Part shown: positions 1-9,062 of the stretch, in pieces
Numbering within the stretch: the stretch's first letter is position 1
Layout of the letters: every line of letters starts with the position of its first letter
NCBI RefSeq assembly: GCF_002310835.1
Contig: NZ_CP011041.1
Coordinates: forward strand, 1,410,001-1,442,000
Length of the DNA stretch: 32,000 nt
DNA from: Pseudoalteromonas tetraodonis
Lineage (GTDB): Bacteria > Pseudomonadota > Gammaproteobacteria > Enterobacterales > Alteromonadaceae
Reading direction: 5' to 3'
Notes under the pieces: model-generated
The model's database searches: none
Told to the model about the DNA's origin: nothing
The model's input: the letters and a program-made list of their open reading frames with translations, nothing else
Program-made: the position numbers and the translations under genes

Positions 1-495
1 GATGTTTTAGTGAATAATGCCGGTATTACGCGCGATAATTTATTAATGCGCATGAAAGAGAGTGAGTGGGACGATATTATCGACACCAACTTAAGCTCTA
101 TTTTCCGTTTATCTAAAGCGGTACTTCGCCCAATGATGAAGAAAAAGAACGGCCGTATTATCAATATTGGCTCAGTAGTGGGCACTATGGGTAACGCTGG
201 CCAAGCGAACTACGCGGCCGCTAAAGCGGGTGTTATCGGTTTTTCTAAATCATTAGCGCGTGAAGTTGCTTCTCGTGGTATTACTGTTAACGTGGTTGCA
301 CCGGGATTCATCCAAACAGACATGACGGATGATTTGACAGATGAGCAAAAAGCAGCAACGCTTGCAAACGTACCTGCGGGTCGTTTAGGCCAGCCAGATG
401 AGATTGCAGCAGCTGTGTGTTATTTAGCATCTGACGCCGCTGCGTACGTATCAGGTGAAACTTTGCATGTAAATGGTGCGATGTACATGGTTTAG
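1..495 (+). CDS. fabG: 3-oxoacyl-[ACP] reductase FabG, 5'-truncated by the window edge
   Basis: Frame 1 is open from nt 1 ([13 protein letters not shown]...). It has SDR motifs NNAG and YAAAKAG (Tyr-x3-Lys) and the C-terminus [13 protein letters not shown], with stop TAG at 493-495. It lies upstream of acpP-fabF, as in the conserved fab cluster. Confidence 0.9.
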   Translation, partial: DVLVNNAGITRDNLLMRMKESEWDDIIDTNLSSIFRLSKAVLRPMMKKKNGRIINIGSVVGTMGNAGQANYAAAKAGVIGFSKSLAREVASRGITVNVVAPGFIQTDMTDDLTDEQKAATLANVPAGRLGQPDEIAAAVCYLASDAAAYVSGETLHVNGAMYMV

Positions 496-745
496 CTTCG
501 CAATGCGAAATAGTTAAACCACAAATTACCAATGAGTTTGCTAAAAAATATTGAATTTTTCGCAAACTTGCTTTAAACATACTTGAAATCGCTGTGAAAA
601 TAAGCGATAAAAGATAAAATAAACACTCAAGAGGTTTGACCAGCAAATTATTTATGGTCAAAAGATTGAATCAGAGAATTATCGGACGTAAACTACGCCG
701 CAATCTGAAAATAACGCATTGGCGTTTTTAATAAAGGAAAGAAGA

Positions 746-982
746 ATGAGCGATATCCAAGAACGCGTAAAGAAAATTATCATCGAACAGCTAGGTGTTA
801 AAGAAGAAGAAGTTAAAAACGAAGCTTCATTCGTTGATGACCTAGGTGCAGACTCTCTTGATACTGTTGAATTAGTAATGGCTCTTGAAGAAGAGTTCGA
901 CACTGAGATCCCAGATGAAGAAGCTGAAAAGATCACTACAGTACAATCTGCAATCGATTACGTTACAGCTCACGCTGAGTAA
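746..982 (+). CDS. acpP: acyl carrier protein
   Basis: [18 protein letters not shown]...[18 protein letters not shown] carries the phosphopantetheine-attachment DSLD motif. The ATG at 746 is preceded by AAGGAAAGAAG. The track's TTG start at 719 would add 9 unlikely residues. Confidence 0.95.
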   Translation: MSDIQERVKKIIIEQLGVKEEEVKNEASFVDDLGADSLDTVELVMALEEEFDTEIPDEEAEKITTVQSAIDYVTAHAE

Positions 983-998
983 TTAATCGCAAATTAAG

Positions 999-1020
999 GG
1001 CAGCATCCGCTGCCTTTAAT
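999..1020 (+). terminator. putative rho-independent terminator/attenuator after acpP
   Basis: Stem GGCAGC (999-1004), loop ATCC, stem GCTGCC (1009-1014), followed by TTTAAT. The stem is short and the T-run weak. Confidence 0.45.
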
Positions 1021-1251
1021 CTTTATATCCAAACCACCTCAAAGTACATGATTCAATTCCAAACCCTCACCTATCATCAGCAATTAAGTTGTTATTGCTC
1101 AGCGTTGGTTATTGGTTTGAGACTCGCACTTTGAGGTAGCTTGGGTATGATCATCCCCAATACTAATAACATAACTAGCAACAGCGTTAACGCTGAAATA
1201 AACTGAGCTAAGTTAATTGGTATAATAATAATTCCTTATTGGAGGCAAACC

Positions 1252-2490
1252 GTGGCTAAACGTCGTGTCGTCGTAACTGGCTTAGGAATGTTGACGCCGC
1301 TAGGCAATGATGTGCAATCAACCTGGCAAGGCTTATTAGATGGTAAAAGTGGTATTCAAAATATTACCCACTTTGATACATCAAAATTTGGTACTCACTT
1401 CGCTGGTTTAATCAATGATTTTGATGCATCGGCTTATATGTCGCCAAAAGATGCTAAAAAAATGGATTTATTTATCCAGTATGGCATTGCAGCGGGTGTT
1501 CAAGCTTTTCAAGATTCAGGCCTCGAAGTAACAGAGCAAAACGCAACCCGTATTGGTGTAGCGGTAGGTTCAGGCATTGGTGGCTTAACCCTAATCGAAG
1601 AAAACCACATTAAATTACTAAACAGCGGTCCACGAAAGTTATCGCCGTTTTATGTACCGTCTACCATTATTAATATGATCTCGGGTCACTTATCAATAAT
1701 GCACGGTTTGCGTGGTCCTAATATTTCAATTGTAACCGCATGTACCACAGGTCTGCATAATATTGGCCATGCAGCGCGAATGATTGCCTACGGCGATGCC
1801 GATGCAATGGTTGCTGGTGGCGCAGAAAAAGCGTGTACGCCAATTGGTATGGGTGGCTTTAATGCCGCACGTGCGCTTTCAACGCGTAACGACGATCCAC
1901 AAGCAGCGTCGCGTCCGTGGGATAAAGACCGTGATGGCTTTGTGCTTTCTGATGGCGCTGGTGTGGTGGTTGTTGAAGAATACGAACACGCTAAAGCACG
2001 TGGTGCTAAAATTTATGCAGAACTTGTTGGCTTTGGCATGAGTGGCGATGCCTACCACATGACTTCACCACCAGAAGACGGCGCAGGTGCAGCGCTGGCT
2101 ATGGAAAACGCATTAAACGATGCGCAAGTAAATGCAGAGCAAGTTGGCTACATTAACGCACATGGTACGTCTACTCACGCGGGTGACAAAGCCGAAACCT
2201 CAGCGGTTAAAACCATTTTTGGTGATTCAGCGAAAGATGTGATGGTAAGCTCATCTAAATCGATGATGGGTCATTTACTAGGTGCAGCGGGCTCTGTTGA
2301 GTCGATAGTGTCTATCTTATCGTTGACCGAGCAAAAAGTAACACCCACGATTAACCTAGACAACCCAGATGAAGGGTGTGATTTAGATTACGTTCCGCAC
2401 ACAGCGCGAGACGCCAAACTTGATTACGCTTTGTGTAACTCATTTGGTTTTGGTGGTACTAATGGCTCGTTACTGTTTAAAAAGGTATAA
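1252..2490 (+). CDS. fabF: 3-oxoacyl-[ACP] synthase II
   Basis: GTG start after GGAGG. It has N-terminal [15 protein letters not shown], active-site Cys in IVTACTTG, His motifs YHMTSP and [11 protein letters not shown], and C-terminal [14 protein letters not shown]. Confidence 0.95.
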   Translation: MAKRRVVVTGLGMLTPLGNDVQSTWQGLLDGKSGIQNITHFDTSKFGTHFAGLINDFDASAYMSPKDAKKMDLFIQYGIAAGVQAFQDSGLEVTEQNATRIGVAVGSGIGGLTLIEENHIKLLNSGPRKLSPFYVPSTIINMISGHLSIMHGLRGPNISIVTACTTGLHNIGHAARMIAYGDADAMVAGGAEKACTPIGMGGFNAARALSTRNDDPQAASRPWDKDRDGFVLSDGAGVVVVEEYEHAKARGAKIYAELVGFGMSGDAYHMTSPPEDGAGAALAMENALNDAQVNAEQVGYINAHGTSTHAGDKAETSAVKTIFGDSAKDVMVSSSKSMMGHLLGAAGSVESIVSILSLTEQKVTPTINLDNPDEGCDLDYVPHTARDAKLDYALCNSFGFGGTNGSLLFKKV

Positions 2491-2517
2491 TCTTTTTTAA
2501 CAACGAACGACAATAAG

Positions 2518-2544
2518 AACCCAGTTGTTTAACTGGGTTTTTTT
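2518..2544 (+). terminator. rho-independent terminator after fabF
   Basis: Stem AACCCAGTT (2518-2526), loop GTTT, stem AACTGGGTT (2531-2539), then TTTTT (2540-2544). Confidence 0.7.
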
Positions 2545-2558
2545 ATGTGTAAAAAAAT

Positions 2559-3350
2559 ATGCAAACAATAATAACAGCAACTGAAACCAGTAGCGTAAGT
2601 ACCCGCGATAGAGGCTTAAACTATGGCGATGGCTTTTTTACAACCGCAATTATTACTCATGGACAGGTTGAGCATTGGGTTTATCACAAAGCGCGTTTAA
2701 TTGAATGCGCGCAGCGTTTAGGGTTTCCGGCGCTTGAGTTTAGCGCACTTGAGTCGCACATTACTCAGCAAATAGCATCACAGGTTCAAGCGGTTCTTAA
2801 AATAGTGGTAACACGAGGCGAGGGTGGGCGAGGCTATGCGCCGCCAAGCGAATGTAATTTAAACATTATTGTGAGTGTTTTACCTTATCCAGCGCATTAT
2901 CACAGCTTACGCGAAACAGGAATTAGTTTAGCTATTAGCCCAATTAAACTGGCTTTACAGCCTCATTTAGCTGGGCTTAAAACCCTAAATAGGCTTGAGC
3001 AAGTACTGATCAAAAATGCCCTACAAACCGAGCAAAGTGATGATGCACTTGTACTTGACTACAACAACAATGTAATTGAAACCTCAGCGGCTAATATTTT
3101 TGCAATAAAAAATAATAAAGTAATTAGCCCCAGGCTTGATGAGTGCGGCATTAAAGGTGTTTTTCTGCAATCTTTATGTGATAAATTAGCAATTGAATTT
3201 AAAACTATCAGCGTTGATGAGCTTACCCAAGCAGACGCGGTATTTGTATGTAATAGTTTAATGAAAATTGTGCCGGTAAAAAGCATAGGCGAGCACTGTT
3301 TTGATATTGCTCACAGTAAGTCATTACTAACAGTAGCCAAGGAGGCTTAG
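2559..3350 (+). CDS. pabC: aminodeoxychorismate lyase (class IV aminotransferase fold)
   Basis: N-terminal RGLNYGDGFFTT and the size (263 aa) fit the family. The position between fabF and mltG matches the conserved fabF-pabC-mltG-tmk-holB order of gammaproteobacteria. Confidence 0.75.
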   Translation: MQTIITATETSSVSTRDRGLNYGDGFFTTAIITHGQVEHWVYHKARLIECAQRLGFPALEFSALESHITQQIASQVQAVLKIVVTRGEGGRGYAPPSECNLNIIVSVLPYPAHYHSLRETGISLAISPIKLALQPHLAGLKTLNRLEQVLIKNALQTEQSDDALVLDYNNNVIETSAANIFAIKNNKVISPRLDECGIKGVFLQSLCDKLAIEFKTISVDELTQADAVFVCNSLMKIVPVKSIGEHCFDIAHSKSLLTVAKEA

Positions 3351-4336
3351 TGTTAAAAGTTATAGTATCAGTATTATTGCTGGCTTTTTTTAGCTCAGTG
3401 ATTGGCTATCAGCAATTACAGGCAACCATTCAAACGCCATTACAGATAGCCGATAACACCCAATTTGAAGTTAAAAAAGGCACCGGCTTTAATAAGTTGT
3501 GCCGTCAATGGCAGCAGCAACAGTGGGTAGAAGACTGTTGGCGTTTTCAAATATTAGCTAAGCTCGACCCAACCTTGACCGATTTAAAAGCAGGTTTGTA
3601 CGAATTAAGCTCAGATAGCGTGCTTAATAACATCAAAAAAATTAACCAAGGTCAGCAAATTAGCTTTAGCTTTACCATTATTGAAGGCCAAGCACTTAGA
3701 GATGTTTTAAATACTCTGAGTACTTCTACACACTTACAAAACGATTTAAAACTTGAGCAACTTGGCGAGCAAATAATAGGTAAGCAAACCCATCTAGAAG
3801 GTTGGTTATTCCCCGATACCTATCATTACCATAGCAATGATACTGCCAGCAGTTTACTAAAACGTGCTGCGCAAAAAATGCAGCAAACGTTGGCTGATGC
3901 TTGGCAGCAACGGGCAAGTGATTTACCTTACGATACCGCCTATGAAGCACTGATCATGGCCTCTATTATCGAAAAAGAAACCGCGCTTGCCAGCGAGCGT
4001 CCGTTAATTGCATCGGCATTTATAAATAGATTAAATACCAATATGCGCTTACAAACTGATCCAACCGTAATATATGGGCTAGGCGAAGATTTTGACGGTG
4101 ATATTAAACGTAAAGACTTGAGAAATTACACACCGTATAATACTTATCGTATTAACGGATTACCGCCCACGCCAATTGCTATGCCATCCAAAGAAGCGAT
4201 TTTAGCCGCGGTAAACCCGCCTAAAAGCGAGTATGTTTACTTTGTAGCAAAAGGCGATGGCAGCCATCAGTTTTCAACCACATTAAAGCAACATAATGCG
4301 GCGGTTAACCGGTATATTTTAAATAAAAAGAATTAG
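3350..4336 (+). CDS. mltG: endolytic murein transglycosylase MltG (YceG family)
   Basis: GTG start overlaps the pabC stop by 1 nt. It has an N-terminal TM helix and YceG motifs LEGWLFPDTY, MASIIEKETA, LQTDPTVIYG and YNTYRINGLPPTPI. Confidence 0.9.
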   Translation: MLKVIVSVLLLAFFSSVIGYQQLQATIQTPLQIADNTQFEVKKGTGFNKLCRQWQQQQWVEDCWRFQILAKLDPTLTDLKAGLYELSSDSVLNNIKKINQGQQISFSFTIIEGQALRDVLNTLSTSTHLQNDLKLEQLGEQIIGKQTHLEGWLFPDTYHYHSNDTASSLLKRAAQKMQQTLADAWQQRASDLPYDTAYEALIMASIIEKETALASERPLIASAFINRLNTNMRLQTDPTVIYGLGEDFDGDIKRKDLRNYTPYNTYRINGLPPTPIAMPSKEAILAAVNPPKSEYVYFVAKGDGSHQFSTTLKQHNAAVNRYILNKKN

Positions 4337-4341
4337 TGTTT

Positions 4342-4968
4342 ATGAAACCAAAATTTATAGTTATAGAAGGCCTAGAGGGCGCGGGTAAATCAACCGCTAT
4401 TGCCCTGTGCCAAGACTTTTTAAACCATCATCATATTGATTTTATTAATGTCCGTGAACCCGGTGGCACACCACTGGCCGAATCGTTACGTACCTTAGTA
4501 AAAGCAGAGCATCAAGAAGAAATCGCCTTTGAAACTGAGCTACTTATTATGTACGCAGCTCGTTCACAGCTAATGCACAATGTAATAAACCCAGCATTGG
4601 AACAAGGGCAATGGGTATTGGCTGATCGTCACGATTTATCGTCACAGGCGTACCAAGGCGGTGGACGCGGAATTAGTGCAAACACGTTAGCGTCGTTATC
4701 CTCTATGGTGTTAAAAGGATTAAAACCCGATTTAACCATTTACCTTGATATTGACCCTGTTATTGGTCTTGAACGTGCAAAAGGGCGGGGTGAACTCGAT
4801 AGAATTGAACAAGAAGCCATTGAGTTTTTTCAGCGCACCCGTATGCGTTACATTGAGCTTGCAAATGATGACGACAGCATTAAAACCGTTGATGCTAACC
4901 AAAGTATTGATAAAGTACACCGTGATATTACCAATGTACTGCGCACATTTTTTTCAGGATTAAAATAA
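4342..4968 (+). CDS. tmk: thymidylate kinase
   Basis: MKPKFIVIEGLEGAGKST (P-loop), REPGGTP and LADRHDLSSQAYQG. The start could instead be the GTG at 4336, which overlaps the mltG stop. Confidence 0.9.
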   Translation: MKPKFIVIEGLEGAGKSTAIALCQDFLNHHHIDFINVREPGGTPLAESLRTLVKAEHQEEIAFETELLIMYAARSQLMHNVINPALEQGQWVLADRHDLSSQAYQGGGRGISANTLASLSSMVLKGLKPDLTIYLDIDPVIGLERAKGRGELDRIEQEAIEFFQRTRMRYIELANDDDSIKTVDANQSIDKVHRDITNVLRTFFSGLK

Positions 4969-4969
4969 T

Positions 4970-5884
4970 ATGGCATTGCCATGGCTTAACGATGTAGAGC
5001 AACGCTTAGCTCAAAGCTATAAAGCGCAGCGCTTTCATCACGCGCAGCTATTTTGCGGGCCTATTGGGGTAGGCAAGTTTGAGCTAAGCGATCAATTAGC
5101 TAACAGTTTGTTATGTCATAATACACAATCGCAGTTAAGTGCACCTAATAGCGTGTTAACGCCGTGTGGGCAGTGTAAAAGCTGCTCGTTAAACCTAGCT
5201 GGGACGCACCCAGATAAACGCGTTACTCAAGTAGAAGGGCAAAGCATAGGTGTAGACGACATACGCGGCATAAGCGATTTTATGCACCAGTCGGCGGCGC
5301 AAAATGGCAACAAAGTGGCGATTATTGAAAACTGCGAAAAAATGACAACGGCAGCAGCAAATGCATTATTAAAAACCTTAGAAGAGCCAAGTAACAGCCG
5401 GTTTTTAATTCTCACAACCAGCCAAGCGGCGCAATTACCAGCGACTATTTTAAGCCGCTGTGCTAAAACTGAGGTCAAAGTAACCAACAGCCAGCTAGCA
5501 CAGCAGTGGCTAAGTTCTTTAGATGTGCCTAACTACCCATGGTTATCATTGTTTTACAGTCAACCCCTGCAAGTAAAGCAATGGCAACAGCAAAATCAGC
5601 TAGAAAGCATTGATACACTCTATAAATTTGCAACTGAGTTTAAACAAAGCCATAATTTCAATGCGTTAGTCGATATAATAAATAAACAGCCTGAGCTTGT
5701 TCGTATTTTTACCTTATTTTTAAGTGAGCAGCTAAAACAGCAGCTTTTAAACGGCATGAGTTTTGAAGCCTACCAAGTTGCACAGCAAGCCTTGAATGAT
5801 TTTTTACAAAATAACATACAAATTCTTGGGCTAAACTTACCGCTTGCGGTATCACGACTAGCGTATACATTACGCAACCAATAA
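4970..5884 (+). CDS. holB: DNA polymerase III delta-prime subunit
   Basis: HAQLFCGPIGVGK (degenerate Walker A), zinc module CGQCKSC and sensor motif ILSRCAK. It sits directly after tmk. Confidence 0.85.
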   Translation: MALPWLNDVEQRLAQSYKAQRFHHAQLFCGPIGVGKFELSDQLANSLLCHNTQSQLSAPNSVLTPCGQCKSCSLNLAGTHPDKRVTQVEGQSIGVDDIRGISDFMHQSAAQNGNKVAIIENCEKMTTAAANALLKTLEEPSNSRFLILTTSQAAQLPATILSRCAKTEVKVTNSQLAQQWLSSLDVPNYPWLSLFYSQPLQVKQWQQQNQLESIDTLYKFATEFKQSHNFNALVDIINKQPELVRIFTLFLSEQLKQQLLNGMSFEAYQVAQQALNDFLQNNIQILGLNLPLAVSRLAYTLRNQ

Positions 5885-5896
5885 AAAGGATTAGAT

Positions 5897-6223
5897 ATGC
5901 AAGAGCTATTAGTTGATATAGATGACCTTGACGAACTATATCGCTGCTACATGCCTTTTTTAAAAAAAGGGGGGCTATTTGTACGCACCAATATGCGTTA
6001 TGAGCCTGGGTATTCACTCGCTTTACGAGTAACCTTACCTGATGCCTTAGAAGACGATGTGGTCACCGGCAAAGTTACGTGGATCACTCCGCAAGGTGCA
6101 CAAAGTTCAAACCCTCCGGGGATCGGCATCAGCTTTTTAGATGATAAAACAAACCTAAACGCGAAGATCGAAAAACTGCTGGGGACTATGTTAAACTCCG
6201 GCAATCCAACTTATACCATGTAG
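5897..6223 (+). CDS. pilZ: PilZ-domain protein (type IV pilus assembly PilZ-like)
   Basis: 108 aa with YMPFLKKGGLFV...GKVTWITPQG...PGIGISF. The holB-pilZ-tatD arrangement matches that known from Pseudomonas. Confidence 0.75.
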   Translation: MQELLVDIDDLDELYRCYMPFLKKGGLFVRTNMRYEPGYSLALRVTLPDALEDDVVTGKVTWITPQGAQSSNPPGIGISFLDDKTNLNAKIEKLLGTMLNSGNPTYTM

Positions 6224-6240
6224 TAAAAACAGGCCTTATT

Positions 6241-7020
6241 TTGATTGTAGATTCTCATTGCCATTTAGACCGTCTTGATTTTGATAAACTCGATTTAAAC
6301 CTAGACCAAGTACTTGATAACGCCCGTGCCAAAAAAGTAGAACACTTTTTATGTGTGAGTGTCACACTTGATCAGTTCCCTAATATGCTAGAGCAAATTA
6401 AGCATTACGACGACGTATCAGCGTCATGTGGTGTACATCCGCTTGATCAAAAAGACGCGCTCAACAAACAGCAATTAATTGATTTAGCCTCGCACCACAA
6501 AGTAGTGGCCATTGGCGAAACCGGGCTTGACTACTATTACGCAAAAGACACTCACGCAGTGCAGCAAGCAAGCTTTGTTGGCCATATTGAAGTAGCCAAC
6601 GAATTACAAAAGCCACTTATTATTCATACCCGCGACGCACGTGCCGACACCATTAATTTAATGCGTGAACACAAAGCAGAAAACTGCGGTGGGGTATTAC
6701 ATTGCTTTACCGAAGATTGGGATATGGCTAAAAAAGCCATTGATATGGGTTTTTATATTTCTATTTCAGGTATTGTAACCTTCAAAAATGCGGTAGAACT
6801 TAAAGAAGTGGTAAAACAAATCCCACTTGATCGACTGCTTATTGAAACCGACTCGCCGTATTTAGCCCCAGTACCGTACCGTGGTAAAACTAATCAGCCA
6901 GCGTATGTGGAAGACGTTGCTTATTATATTAGTGAACTAAAAGGCATTAGCTTTAACGAATTGGCAAAGGCCACCACCGATAATTTTTATTCTTTATTTA
7001 AATTAGCAGCTAAAGGCTAA
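6241..7020 (+). CDS. TatD-family metal-dependent hydrolase (YcfH-like)
   Basis: TTG start. Motifs are VDSHCHLD, AIGETGLDYYY, IIHTRDA, LHCF and IETDSPYLAP. Confidence 0.85.
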   Translation: MIVDSHCHLDRLDFDKLDLNLDQVLDNARAKKVEHFLCVSVTLDQFPNMLEQIKHYDDVSASCGVHPLDQKDALNKQQLIDLASHHKVVAIGETGLDYYYAKDTHAVQQASFVGHIEVANELQKPLIIHTRDARADTINLMREHKAENCGGVLHCFTEDWDMAKKAIDMGFYISISGIVTFKNAVELKEVVKQIPLDRLLIETDSPYLAPVPYRGKTNQPAYVEDVAYYISELKGISFNELAKATTDNFYSLFKLAAKG

Positions 7021-7024
7021 CCAC

Positions 7025-8884
7025 ATGACGACTCTCTCGGTGCAACACCCGCTGTTACTTATGGGGCCTATGGTGCGCCGAGCAGAAAAAACCACAGTTT
7101 GTATTCATTTTGCTACCTCAAAGCAGGTAAACGGCCGTATAGAGCTAATGGGCTACGAATGCTATAGCGAACAAAACAGCGTTAGACTGGGTGAACATTT
7201 ATTTTTACAGTTCATAGTTATTAAACCCATAAACAGTCAGTTCCCGCGCGACATATTACTACAATATCAGTTATTTTTTGATGACAGCCCCGTTGATTTA
7301 TCAGCGTTTAGTTTTAATGATGGCGCGTTACCTGCGTTTGTGATCCCCAAAAGATTGACGCAAATATTGCATGGCTCGTGTCGCAATGCACATCATCCCG
7401 CAAAAGATAGCCTAGTTAGTTCAAGTCAGTGGCAAGCTACTCAACGCAGTAATAATCAGCAAGGTGCGCAGTTGCTATTGCTCTCGGGCGATCAGGTATA
7501 TGCTGACGATGTAGCAGGGCCTATGTTATTAGCTATCCATCAACTCATTAAGCAATTAGGCATTTACAAAGAGCAACCGCTTGCGCTGGATTTACCCGAC
7601 GATATTAGCCAACAGCTTTATGGCCGCCATCATTTACTCCCTACCACCTCATGGAAAAAGCGCTCTAAATTAGGCATAGGTTACTGGTTAAAAAAAGACG
7701 AGCCGCATTTTTCTAGCGTAAAAGCGTATAACCACCTTATTCATTTTGAAGAGTTTGTAGCACTGTATTTACTTAATTTTAGTAGTACCGCGTGGCAATA
7801 TGTTGACTTATCAAAGCTAAATTACTCAGGCGATAACGAAAAAAGCCAAGCATTGTTTAGCACAGAAAAAGCCACACTCATTGATTACGCTAAAGGCTTA
7901 GCTGAGGTAGAGCGATTATGTGCCAATGTGTCTACCTTAATGATGTTTGACGATCACGATGTAACTGATGATTGGAACCTCACCGCCGGATGGGAGCAAG
8001 CCATTAATCAAAACCCCAGTAGCAAGCGTATTGTAAATAATGGCTTAGCAAGCTATTGGCTGTTTCAGGGAATGGGGAACGACGCACTACAAAAAACCGG
8101 TGCGCTACTTACTCCATTTACAACAAGTCTAGCTGGGGATAAGCAATGGCAATTCAAAGCATTTGATAAACATCTAAACGATTTTAACCATTGGCATTAT
8201 GAGCTAACGACTATTCCTAAAGTGGTGGTGCTTGATACCCGAACACACCGCTGGCGTAACGAGCAGAACTTTAATGAACCCTCAGGCTTGTTAGATTGGG
8301 AGCGACTCACTGAGCTTGAAGAAAGCCTACTCAGCCATGACCAAGTCATTATTGTATCGCCCGCACCGGTGTTTGGGGTTAAATCAATAGAGGCGATTCA
8401 AGCGGTGTTTAACATGTGTGGGCAACCGCTTATGGTTGATGTAGAAAACTGGATGGCGCACGAAGGCTCAGCTAAAAAATTGCTCGACACATTTAGACGC
8501 ACCGACACCCCAAATGAAACGCTGATTTTATCAGGCGACGTGCATTATTCGTTTTGTTTTTCAGTGCAAAAGCGTTTTGGCGATCACCCCAACAGAATTT
8601 GGCAGCTCACAGCTAGTGGCATTAAAAACGAGTTCCCGCGTAAGCTAATAAATGTGCTTGATAAGCTCGACTCCATTTTATATGGCCCTAAAAGTCCGCT
8701 TAACTTTTTTACCAAACGCTGGCACATGGAAGTCGACAAACACCAAACTAAAGGCAAAGGGCAAAAGTACCTAGTAAGTGATTCGGCTATTAGTTTGGTT
8801 TCCCTTAAAGGCGGTAATTTAGTCCGTTACCAGCTCATACACGGCGACGGCCACACCACCGAATTTGATTTAGAAGAGCAGTAA
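7025..8884 (+). CDS. PhoD-like metallophosphatase family protein, function unknown
   Basis: Metallophosphatase-type motifs LLLSGDQVYADD, MMFDDHDVTDDWN and ILSGDVHYSF. I see no Sec or Tat signal at the N-terminus. The ATG lies 4 nt after the tatD-family stop. Confidence 0.5.
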   Translation: MTTLSVQHPLLLMGPMVRRAEKTTVCIHFATSKQVNGRIELMGYECYSEQNSVRLGEHLFLQFIVIKPINSQFPRDILLQYQLFFDDSPVDLSAFSFNDGALPAFVIPKRLTQILHGSCRNAHHPAKDSLVSSSQWQATQRSNNQQGAQLLLLSGDQVYADDVAGPMLLAIHQLIKQLGIYKEQPLALDLPDDISQQLYGRHHLLPTTSWKKRSKLGIGYWLKKDEPHFSSVKAYNHLIHFEEFVALYLLNFSSTAWQYVDLSKLNYSGDNEKSQALFSTEKATLIDYAKGLAEVERLCANVSTLMMFDDHDVTDDWNLTAGWEQAINQNPSSKRIVNNGLASYWLFQGMGNDALQKTGALLTPFTTSLAGDKQWQFKAFDKHLNDFNHWHYELTTIPKVVVLDTRTHRWRNEQNFNEPSGLLDWERLTELEESLLSHDQVIIVSPAPVFGVKSIEAIQAVFNMCGQPLMVDVENWMAHEGSAKKLLDTFRRTDTPNETLILSGDVHYSFCFSVQKRFGDHPNRIWQLTASGIKNEFPRKLINVLDKLDSILYGPKSPLNFFTKRWHMEVDKHQTKGKGQKYLVSDSAISLVSLKGGNLVRYQLIHGDGHTTEFDLEEQ

Positions 8885-8892
8885 ATTTGAAC

Positions 8893-8927
8893 AGGCGATA
8901 GGTTTTAGGTGCTAGGTATCAGGTCGA
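8893..8927. repeat. five period-7 units AGGYNNN
   Basis: AGGCGAT AGGTTTT AGGTGCT AGGTATC AGGTCGA, read directly from 8893-8927. Confidence 0.5.
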
Positions 8928-8983
8928 TATTATTGCCGACTTGTAGCAGCGACTTCATGTCGCGGCATTCTTTGATGTCGTGA

Positions 8984-9041
8984 GCGACGGGCGACGGGCG
9001 ACGGGCGATGGGCGATGGGCGACGAGCGACGGGCGACGGGC
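8984..9041. repeat. heptanucleotide microsatellite (GCGAYGG), 8 units
   Basis: The units are GCGACGG x3, GCGATGG x2, GCGACGA x1 and GCGACGG x2, followed by GC. They lie in the gap between convergent gene ends. Confidence 0.9.
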
Positions 9042-9062
9042 TTCGAGTTGCGGGCTAAATAA

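Noticed and set aside
8899-8915. HutP-type antiterminator site (UAG-N4-UAG-N4-UAG)
   Set aside because: The spacing matches. However, HutP is a Bacillus protein, no hut genes or terminator context are present, and the site lies in a 3' region. I kept it only as a periodicity observation.
8942-8957. GacA/UvrY box upstream of the GGA-rich repeats (TGTAGCAGCGACTTCA versus TGTAAG-N6-CTTACA)
   Set aside because: The half-sites match poorly and the spacing is wrong, and no terminator is visible. The CsrB/Rsm-like sRNA idea therefore stays only a weak alternative.
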